A stretch of 64,000 nucleotides of DNA, from contig JAKMXF010000244.1 in the NCBI GenBank assembly GCA_024704765.1, forward strand, positions 639,837 through 703,836. Reading direction: 5' to 3'. This DNA is from Oopsacas minuta. Lineage: Eukaryota; Animalia; Porifera. The translations under genes and the position numbers were made by a program. The notes beneath the pieces were generated by a model. It was not told the DNA's origin, searched no databases, and saw only the letters and a list, made by a program, of their open reading frames with translations. Shown here piece by piece: positions 53,901-64,000 of the stretch. Positions within the stretch are counted from its first letter, which is position 1. Each line of letters begins with the position of its first letter.

Positions 53901-55414
53901 TAGAGCTTCTCCAGCCATCTTAATCGGGTTCAATGCGTCTACTATAGAAGTTATCAGCGCAAATTCCTCATCGTAAAATATATACCTTGATTAAGATCTA
54001 ACAATGCTTTTTGTGTGGGCACCTCAATCTGTAATATTCTTTCAAGAATGTTGACAAGTGAACACCAACGGGTCTTACAATCTAATATCATATTGAGTCC
54101 ATTTGGATAGTTTTTTCTGACATACTTTTGCAAAGTGTCATTCTTAAGAGGCGAATGTTTAAATATTTTCACAACTCATCCTACTTTGTTGACAGTATCA
54201 ATAATATCCACTACCAATGCAAGAGTATTTATAGAGTCTGCTGGCCGTGAAATATCTAACCCACCATCAGATAAATCATCATCACAATCATCATCTAATG
54301 TTGTCGTAATATCTTCATCATCAGTTCCACTGTCATCGCTAAATATTTCAATATCCTCATTATGCTTCTGATAGAATGTGTCCTGTATCACAAGTTGTAG
54401 TCCATCAGCATAGCACAACTGGTGAAGACTTGCTATCGATCGCCTCAACTTTTTCATCATCGAACATCCGTCTGTTATGATGGCCACAATATCTTTCTCA
54501 AAGTTCACTCCAAATTCATTCACCTTATGCATGATAATATTTGAACATGCATGAAAATCTAGCCCTTATCCGTATTAAACCAAGGTTCCAAAAGAAATCA
54601 TTACCGTGGATATTTATATTAAGATATCTTTTATTGTGCACTGAAGTCCATTAATCTAAAGTCAGGCTGAAATATGCACCTTTAGATTTAGAAATGTGTA
54701 TAGATCTCTTTACCTCTTCGAGTAATTGCTGTCCTTATTTCACTATTTGATCTCTAACCCCATTAACAGATTTAGGTAATGAGTGACCAAGTACACTAAT
54801 GGATCTTCTTATCTCAAGTGAAGTTGTGAAAAGATTGAATGAGAGACCATCACAAGCTGTCATTCTTGCCAATATTGCTGGTAGACTAGTATCGTTGATG
54901 TAATAATCAAGTGTCTCACTACGCTTATATTTGGCAGCTTAGACAGTTCCATGTTAGTTTCATTCGTAATCTTTCGCTTTTAATACTTCAATTTGCTGAA
55001 TTGATCTTATATGCATGTGTAGCCCTTTCGTTGATCTGCCCTCACACTTAAGTGTTTTTTGTATAATTTGCATTGGGCTAATTTGCCATGTAGATCGCCT
55101 AAAATGTCCAATTTCTTTGTTCCAACGAAATCTTGGTAAACGATTTTAATCCCGGCCATAAAGTGAAATATGATAATATGGTTTAATTTTGTTCATATAA
55201 TGCATATACTTCAGGTACATATGAAATTATGATACCAGTGAGTAAAAGTAAAGTTGAGAAATCTTATTAGTTAAGAAAGGAGCCATTCAAGTTCAAAGTG
55301 TATCAGACGTTAACTGGTAAACATTAGTCATGGAACGTGATATTTTAATCAGAATACAGTTTCAGAACATATTCCGGGTTTAACGCTCCAGGATCCCCGG
55401 GATTGGAAACCCTA
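50903..55414 (-). mobile_element. hAT (ZBED4-like) transposon nested in the Tc1
   Basis: Termini GGG.TTTCCAATCCC at both ends; imperfect TSD ATTCGGAA / ATTCAGAC. ORFs ITDGCSMM, CYADGLQL and DCKTRWCSL. Confidence 0.8.
51446..53618 (-). mobile_element. hAT Buster (ZBED5/SCAND3-like) transposon, degenerate
   Basis: TIRs CAAGGGTTCTTAACC / GGTTAAGAAACCCTG; perfect 8-bp TSD TATTATAC. ORFs MKPAKLKEHL, KPHTICDTLIKP, HTEVRWLSRGK and FATTYLCESGFS. Confidence 0.93.
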
Positions 55415-56419
55415 ATTCAGACATCTTCTCCAACATTGACCGCTCCAAAACTGAGCCATTATTTCTACAACGGTGAACTGCCTCCATACAAATCTTGGTC
55501 AAAATTTGATTAATGAAGTAGGAACTAGTTATTGATTGACCTTGCGGGATTATTTACAGTTCTTAAAGTGCCTAATGTGACATCGTGCCCCACACATAAA
55601 TCTTTGCTGGAAACATAACTGAAAATACCGAAGGAACATATTGCTTATTCTTTGCCCAAACCCGATCATATTTTTGTTTGGGAGTGCATAGAGCTGGAAG
55701 GGAGACTCTTCTGACCAGAGAACTTCTTCCATCCATTAACTGTCCAATTTTGATGCTTCCGAGGAAAGCTCAGACGATCTTGGACGTTCTTTTAAGATAA
55801 TCGAGGTATTTCTTGTCTTTGAAAGACCTAACACCCACAAATTCGGTCAAATGGCGATACACACACATATGAAATACTGGATTCCCTCTATTCTTCAATT
55901 TCTGTGCAAGTTTACTTGTAGATTACCTGCATTTACCGAGTGACTTGGAAATAACAATATTATCCGCCCGTTTCAAAATAGGAAGCCTCCCTGAACGAGG
56001 TAGGCCACTAATGAACTACTTTTTTATACAAACAAGACTATCATTTCACCGAAGAGATTGAAACATTCAAGTCTTGGACCGCATTATTCTGTGTGAACCC
56101 TGCATTAAGAATGCCAATAGCTCGAGAACGAAGCAAGATTCCATGATCATGGACATCCATTAATACGAAATAATGTAACACTGCTAAAATTGGAAACAAA
56201 ATTCAAATATTAGAATACAATAAGTAATTAATGTAGTCAGAAATAATCTAAAGTACTAAAACTATATTTTAGAAAAGTAAAGGAAACAACTATGTATGGT
56301 TCATTAATATTCAAGATTTTCATGGGAAAATACAAGGTATCAACACTTTCGTTACGCCCTGGATGTGCAAGCAGTTAAATTGGGATAAAGTAAACCTGTT
56401 GCAAGTTAGATTAACCTTG

Positions 56420-57390
56420 GATATTTGATAACAGCTGAAAAAATATGAAAGCCCATCTTTCATCTTATAATCACAATGAATAACGCAGACATGTGAAATT
56501 GAATGACCAATCTTATCACATGTTGGAATCAACTAGAACACTTTGTACCAGGTGAAATTGAATGAAAACATATGTTAGAAGCCAGAATCACCGCGAAAAT
56601 CTGATGGTAGGATAAAATGAATGAAAACACTAATGACATGTCAGAATCACCTAGAATATGTTCCAACGGGTGAAATTGTATGAAATACTTGCTACATGTC
56701 AGATTCATTATGATTATGTGACAATAGATGAAATTGAATTACAACGATTCTTGCATCTTAGAATTACATTAAATGTGTCCAGACATGTAAAATTAATTAA
56801 AATCTTCCTGCAAGTCAGAATCAACTAGAACACTTTGTGACATGTGAATTTGATTGAAAATACTTGATCCATGTCAGAATCAAGTAGAATATTTCCAACG
56901 GAAATTGGATGACAAACACTGTTACATGTTAGATTCACCCTGAATATGTGTAATAACTGAAATTGAAAGAGAAAACACTTCTTACATCTCTGAATCATAA
57001 TAAAATTGCGCTGAATGGTGAAATTGAATGAGTAATCCTGTTTAATATCATAATCAACTTGAACAATTTCAAACAGCTGTAATTCAGTGAAATACCTTGT
57101 TACATGTTAAAATAACTTTGAATATGTGCTATCAGGTGAAATTGAAAGAAATGACTTTCTCCATCCCACAATCACCTAGAACATGTGGTGACAGGTGAAA
57201 TTGATAAAAATACTTGCTAGATGCTAGAATTACAGTAAATATGTCCTGATATATGAAATTGAATGGAAATTTCGTACATGTTAGAATCACTGTGAATACG
57301 TACAACATGTGAAATTGCATGAAAACACTGGTAAAGTCAGGATCACCTTGAATAAGTGCTAGATGGTGAATTTGGGTGAAAACACTTGTT
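56420..57390 (+). repeat. Continuation of the 58-59 bp satellite (forward arm)
   Basis: About 16 degenerate GTGAAATTGAATGAAAACACTTGTTACATGTCAGAATCACC units. Confidence 0.88.
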
Positions 57391-57391
57391 A

Positions 57392-58490
57392 TCAGGGTGT
57401 TCAATAGGTATTGCGGGTCATGTTATATCTCAGGAACTAGTCAAGTATTATAGCTAACTTTCATATATTATTATAAGCCCATATAGTTAAACTCCATATA
57501 CTGAAAGTTTCAAGGTTATTCAATACAAATTGTAATTTTCTGTGATAATTTGGCGTAGTCAATTCATATATACTGTTGAATTTATGGCTTCAAAGGATGA
57601 TAATTTCAACCTCAAATAGCGAGCTTACATAGAGTTTCGCGCAAAACTCAAGATCCAGCCCGTACAGATCTTCAGCGAGTTACAGCAGATATCGTGTGTG
57701 GATTGCCCTTCCAGATCTACTGTAGAGCGATGGGCTGCCCGTTTTAGATCTGGTGATGCTGATTTCACAGATTTGCCTCGATCTGGAAGACCGGTATCCG
57801 CCACCACTTCAGAGAATATCGCACTCATTGAAAGTATGGTCATGGAAAATAAGTGCATTACTGGTAATCAGTTCGAACAAAGTATGGAGATTTCATCGGG
57901 AGCTATTCATACAATTCTGACAACTGAGCTTGGCTACCGATCGATTTGTGGGAAATGGACCCGCATAAGCTCAGTGAGAATCAAAGACTGGCACGACTCA
58001 ATATTGCCAAGAAACTCTTAGAAACTTATGAGAAATATGATTCTAGACTAACAGGGATTATTACTGGTGACGAGACGTGGGTATAATATTCAACACCATA
58101 TAGCAAGTAAAGAAGCGATCATGTGTGAGGGGCGACGAATAACCGGCGAAAGTTCCTAGGTCCGACTTCATAAAACCTAAGATTATGTACACTATCTTCT
58201 TCAGTAGTCATGGAATTGTCTTGCAATTGCCTTGTGAGAGTGACAAAGTTGTTGCTACTACTTTCTTTACAGAGCAAGTGCTTCCAAACTTGATAGAAAT
58301 TGTAGAAAAGTACCGCCCGAAAACCGGAACTAGATGAATGAAGGTTTTAATTGATAACGTCAGTTCCCATACAGCTAAGCTAACAAAAGATTTCTTGGAT
58401 GTAGAAGGGTTAGAATTATTTCCCCATCCACCATACTCACCAGACCTAGCTTCTTGGGATTTTTGGCTATTCCCCAAGCATTGAGCTTTA
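57392..58490 (+). mobile_element. mariner element, degenerate, 3' end replaced by Helitron sequence
   Basis: TIR TCAGGGTGTTCAATAGG. Motifs RWAARFRSG..PRSGRP, ITGDETW, DNVSSH and HPPYSPDLA. Confidence 0.85.
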
Positions 58491-58494
58491 ATAA

Positions 58495-60520
58495 CAGATA
58501 CGGGTTGTAATGTATAACCCATCTGTTATCTAGATTAATAACACCTACTTCTACAATACAAGGGTTATCTCTACGTCCATACAATGCATAACCATCCTTG
58601 GTAGTTGTTGTAAAGGCGGAAAACAACTTTGAAAATATTTAGTACATGAACCTTTACGTATGCAAGTAGCAGTTCCTTTGTAATTCCACCTGCACACGGA
58701 GCATGGATCACACAACGCATACTATGCTATACAATCTAGCTGGACCTCATGGTCAGGTATTTCAGCGCAAAATCTTATCATAATCAGAAGCTCACGTGGT
58801 TGCACCCAGCAACTAAGATAATGAAAATATGAGCAAGGGGTACCGACGTTTCTGAAATTCGATAGTATAGACATGTGTAAGGGGTCTACCGAGGATATGT
58901 TTTTCAAGGATGTCGCTAACAGTTCCCGTAATTTTTTAATCTAAACACTTGCAAAGTTAAATCAACTCGATCGTTAGCTTCTTGAACAATAAAATACTAT
59001 TAGTTATTTCAGACCAAAAGGGATTACATGTAAACGTGACAATAATCAGGTTTCCATACCTCCGCACAATTGTCATTGCGTCCTGATAAAGTTGGAACAT
59101 GTGCCCGGGAGAGCCAATGTAACTAGAGGGAAGAATTATCTTTGTCCCAACTCTTGAGCGTTAGCATCTCCTCTAGCAGGAGCATCAGCAAATTCACTGT
59201 ATAGATCAACTCGGATCTGTTGCTGATGTAACTTTATATAGTTAAGCCTCTGCTGCTCAATTTGGCATACATGTCTACGATGTATAGGTAAAACAGCCTG
59301 CCAGAGAGGTGTAGGTGGTTTTCCACTTAATCCATCAGTCGATAACAGTACAAGTCTAGTGTATTGACACTCCCTCTACCTTTGCTATTGTGGATATCAA
59401 TATACCATCCATCACTGCCTAAGGGAAATAGCAATAGATAATAAAATCAAAAGAACGGTGTGATTCCGCTGTTTTTAATTCCACCATGTTACGCATACAG
59501 AACAATTTCTCTGTTTACCACTGTTTTTGAATAACCATCTCCAGGAAGCAATACTGCAATCTCAGGAGCAGAAGGTGCAAAGCATGTTCGTGGATCACCA
59601 ATACCACCTTCTAGGATAGTGAGCTTTAAAGCAATCGCATTATGCTATGCATATGATCTATAGCATGTCTGAAGCAAGAAACATAATAGTTGACCTCGTG
59701 TAACATCTGTTGTAATCCCTTCAATTCAGGCACACAGATTATGCCCATGTGTCTCTGACGGTTTTCTAACTCAGCTACTGGAGTCCCGTCGTGGATATAT
59801 ATTTGAGCGAATTTAGGCGGCTCTCCTACTTAGGAGAATAATCTGCCAAATGAATGGCGTAATAACCAATGTATATAGAACGTATAGACACCAAGCTTAG
59901 CGTAATCCAGTTCGTCATCAAAGTTGGCTCTGAGAGAACAAAACGCAAGACTTGTGTTACAGGCACGTATATTACTCCTGAATTCGCTAGCACTTTTACC
60001 AGTAGCTGTGAGTGAGTCAGCAGCTCAGGTGGTGTATCAAAAGGAGGTAAAACAACCTTCCCCTCCCAACAACAAATTCAAAACAGTGCTGGTAGATAGT
60101 TTTCACTTTCCAAAACATTCATTGATTAAGTTACAGCAAAAGGACATGCAACTGAGTGAAATTTGGGTACGATGGTATCACTAACCTTACATATAAACTG
60201 CGATTTAGCTAAGTTAAGAAATCTCTTAGAAGTTAATGACTTACTTTTAGCATATAACTCAACCTGAGACTTCAGACGAACATTGTACTCGAGCTCAGAC
60301 TCTTTGCTTCTGAGATTAGCTATGCTGTCACGGTAATGCTCTTTGCGCCTAGCGGATCGATACTCAGATTCACTTTGTCTGAGATTCGCTTGAAGAGTTC
60401 GCTGATACTCTAATCGATCAGTGGTTTCGTAATCAGATTGAGAAGCTGTCAAGATAGCTTGTCGGTCCCTTTGTTTCAACAACTCGTGGAGTCGCTTTGG
60501 AACCTGAATAATGTACACAA
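58495..60520 (-). mobile_element. Helitron Rep/helicase relic (N-terminal and Rep region)
   Basis: Arg/Glu-rich N-terminus (ORF 60126-60518), APSAPEIAVLLPGDG (about 59560) and RRDN..LDNRWVIHYNPYLLLK (about 58500-58580). Confidence 0.75.
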
Positions 60521-60714
60521 AAGACTAATTGGTCTCACATGTAGCCCACTAATGTACACAAACAACGCGTATGGACTCTCAAGACCAAAATGGTCCAATC
60601 CAACTACTCGTGGGGTCTCTCATGGACCCGCTAGTTTACGCAAACAGCTCGTGAGGTCTATAAAGATCCCAAATCTATGGGGTCATAATAAACCACAGTG
60701 AGCCATTTCAGGGA

Positions 60715-60812
60715 TGTAATAAAATTCCCCACAGTGATTCTAATAACCAACAAGTTGTTTCAGTTTAAGTTAATCTTTCTATACGTATTGGTGGTGATTC
60801 TACCATGTAACA
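60715..60812 (-). repeat. Satellite units (reverse orientation) cut by a hAT insertion
   Basis: GTGATTCTAATAACC.. and GGTGATTCTACCATGTAAC immediately before the hAT terminus. Confidence 0.55.
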
Positions 60813-62400
60813 CAGTGGTCGGCAATTAGGGGTAATTTCAGGTTTACTGGGGGGTAACGAGACTTATCCGGAATAAAACAGTATGAACGGAACATTGTGC
60901 CTAGAAATGAGTGCAGCCAATTCAAAATTGCCGTAATTAATATTATAATAATAGTAACAATAATTTTATCAATTCCTGTGTATTGCTATATCTTGCTCAA
61001 TTTTCACTTCTAATCTCTTTTGGCAGCATGATAAATTCTAGAAAGCGTGTATTCAAAGACGAATTCTTGGAGTATGGCTTCATAGCAACAACCGATAAAG
61101 GAGTCATAAAGCCGCAGTGCGCCATCTGTCTGGCTGTGCTGTGTCCGGAGACCCTCAAATTATCTCAACTTCAGAAGCATCTGCGCAACAAACACCCAGA
61201 ACTTGCGGACATGTCAAAGGAATTTCTCGCCCATAAGGGAAGTCAAGCGAAAAAACAGAGGCTGGATCTCATGCCAAAGTGACATTTGATCAGCGGGACT
61301 CCTTAAGAGCAAGCTTGGAAGTTGCATGGCTTATAGCTCGTGCTAAAAAGCCGCACAACATTGGTGAGGAACTAATCAAGCCGGCTGCAACAAGGATGAC
61401 AGAGGTTATGTGGGAAGGAGCAAGTAGCGAAGCTTGGAACGGTTCCATTGTCAGCAAAAACGGTTTCGAAGAGGTTGGACGTGTTGGCACAGAACATCAA
61501 GGAATGGTTGATTATTTCCATAAAGAAGAGTCGACAGTTCGCAATACAATTGGACGAAACTACGGAAGTCGGGAGGGATCCCCAGTTCATGGTATACGTC
61601 AGATATCGAGATGGATACAGGATCGGAGAAGAGATGTTATTCTGCAGCCCGCTGGAAACTACACCCCGTGGTGTCCACATTTTCAACATGATTGACAAAT
61701 TTTTACATCGCCAACTCACTTTCAATACACCATGTGGTTGTCTCGGTTTGCGTATTTAGTGGACATTTTTGGACACTTGAACGAAATCAACACTAGTCTA
61801 CAAGGTCCAACTCATAACTTTATTCTAATTAACCAGAAGATTTGTGCATTTAAAGCAAAACTCGAGCTTTGGAGAATGAGAGCTGTGGAAGAGAAGATTG
61901 CATCTTTCAGCCGTCTCGCGAAGTACCTCGAAGACAACGAACTCTCTTTCGGGTTGGTCAAAGACATGGTACTTCAGCACTTGGACAAATTGAAAAGAGA
62001 TTTGAACAATACTTCCCGGAAGACGCTATGCTGAAGGAAAGCGTTGGGTGGGTTCACAACCCGTTCAAATGTTCCGTACAAACCTACCAGAGAAGCCATT
62101 TGGGCTGGCAGAGCAGCTGCTTGAATTGCAAGCGGACCAAACTGCTTAAGCAGAATACGAAACTTTGGATCTGGAGTCCTTTTGGATGAGTCAACCAGTG
62201 AGAGCTCAACCATTGACACATGAGGAGGCAACCAAGTAATTGTTACCTTTTGCGACTACCTACCTTTGCGAGGTGGACTTTTCTGCACCAGCGGTGATAA
62301 AGACGAAAGCGTGAAACAGACTCAACCCGGAAGAAAGTGGCATAAGATGTGCACTGTCACAATTCAAACCACAGTTTGAAGATATTATTAAGGGTAGCAA
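60813..62400 (+). mobile_element. hAT Buster (ZBED5-like) transposase relic
   Basis: Terminus CAGTGGTCGGCAA. Motifs PQCAICLAVL..LKLSQLQKHL, KKPHNIGEELIKPA, FAIQLDETT, WLSRFAYLVDIF and LPFATTYLCEVDFS. Right end not defined. Confidence 0.8.
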
Positions 62401-62439
62401 GTGCCACTTTAGCCATTAGACATGTTAAGAATAGAATTA

Positions 62440-62900
62440 GATTCATTAGTTTTACTCAGGTTGTCTCGTCTATAAATGAAACACTGTGTATAAATATTCA
62501 GGGTGATTCTAACAGAAGACAAGTTGATCCAGTGTATTTTCAAGTCTCTTACAAAATCAAGGTGAATCTAAATGGAGACTAGTTGAGTGACATAACTATC
62601 AACTTTCTTTACTTATTCAAGGTGATTCTAATAGATGACAAATTGATTTAGCATATTTTCAATCTGAATACTTATTCATGGTGCTTCAAACTAGTGACAT
62701 GTTGACTCAGATAATACTCAACATTCTATAGATATTCATTATAATTCCAGCAAGCGACAAGATGAATCAGGTTATCATCAATGTTCTGTAAATAAAAATG
62801 ATAATTTCAACAAGTAGCAAGTTACTCATATAGGTATTATACAACTATCTGTACTTATTCATGGGGATTTAAACAGGCGATTATATGATTTGGTTAATCA
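62440..62900 (-). repeat. Divergent about 60-bp variant of the satellite
   Basis: TATTCAAGGTGATTCTAA..GACAAGTTGA..TATTTTCAA repeated about 7 times. Confidence 0.75.
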
Positions 62901-64000
62901 TCGAATCTCTTTACTTATTAAATGATTAAGATATATTCTATATTTACTAGTATTCAGTAATTAGATTGGTCAAAAGGATCTGTTGTTAGAAATTCTTTCG
63001 TCAAGATAAATTATCATAAAGTATATAGTGCATGTAAATAATGGTGATATCAGCACTTCTTTTCGAATGTACATCCCAGATTATCCGAACCTTGATTATC
63101 AACCTCGGTTATCGGAACAGCAGGAAGAACGCATTTCATCTCATACGGGGACTTTTAACTCTTTAGAAGTAGGAAATTGGAAGATGTAATCATTTTAGTC
63201 TCATTTTGATACAATTATGCTGGAAATTACGTATGTATTCTAAATAAAAATTCCCATTTTCAAATATGCATTAGCTGTAAACTTCCTATGTAAATTACAT
63301 TATAGAATAAACAGAACAATTTCACTTTCCGGATGCCAAAGTGAAGGTTTATGAAGATGTTACGATAATCGGGGGTATATAGTACTTTTATCACCTCCAC
63401 ACCCAGAGGATTAGAATCACAGCCCCAAATTCATTTTTAACAAAACCCATTTACCTGCATAGATTAGCCAAGTTTATTTGCACATTGTTTCTTAATTCAA
63501 ACATCCTTGAGATTGTGGATGTCTTGGCAATCCACTGATAATGATGAGACATTTACAAACGTTAATAACCCTAAACCTTTGCAATTATGTAAATGTAATA
63601 TTTGAGGTGGTCCCAATTGGCCAAATATCTCGACTATTATTTATCCGAATTCAGAAAGGGATACACCAAATTAAACTTAACAAAATCTAATTGAATTCTA
63701 TATCTAGAGTCTAGTCACCAACCTAACAATAAATACGAAACACCAAAAAATAATATGTTTACAGATGATGGAATATTCAATGGTGTACGAAGAGAACATT
63801 AAGTTCAAGTCATATATCTCTGGATTTATCAAATACTGATGTTTAGAAAGTATTATCAACTGTTAGAAAGTCATTAACTTTTGTTTATTTGTGATAAAAT
63901 ACAATGATAACACTGCTCAACAAAAATTTTGTTGCATTTCTACCAACACTTGTTTTTACCTAATATTGGGGCGCTGAATCCGAATCCGACCTTAGTTTTT

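Larger units (their letters stand above)
50506..56361 (-). mobile_element. Tc1-like DD37E element split by a nested hAT
   Basis: TIR GTAACGAAAGTGTTGATACC at both ends. N-terminus MDVHDHGILLRSRAIG (about 56155), LWSEESPF (about 55720), and MQDSVPAH..WPGNSPDLNPIE (50760-50900). Confidence 0.85.

Noticed and set aside
56420-57390. Satellite as a protein-coding tandem repeat
   Set aside because: The measured period of 58-59 bp is not a multiple of 3, and stops are frequent.

Overview
AT-rich eukaryotic, probably animal, genomic DNA that is almost entirely transposon and satellite derived. It appears to be assembled from six contigs joined by single Ns at 15666, 28859, 34053, 35392 and 43652, and each join has a transposon truncated on at least one side. 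Two host genes are recognisable: a 960-bp terminal exon of an Enhancer of Polycomb (EPC1/2) homolog (6959-7918, +) and a complete two-exon ALG2 mannosyltransferase (-). The ALG2 exons lie in the wrong order (exon 1 at 31693-31196, exon 2 at 40994-40275), most likely because contigs are mis-ordered. Mobile DNA includes DIRS, Gypsy, several hAT/Buster elements, three P-element (THAP) copies, Tc1 (DD37E), maT (DD37D), mariner (DD34D), MULE, Helitron, many MITEs, and two degenerate satellites (about 43 bp and 58-59 bp) arranged as fold-backs. The most notable element is a full-length Transib/RAG1-like transposon (19947-22915). It has CACAGTG termini, a perfect 5-bp TSD, an inactivated DDE transposase with a RAG1 nonamer-binding-domain-like segment, and asymmetrically spaced subterminal motifs. 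All family calls come from motifs recognised by eye; no database search was run.
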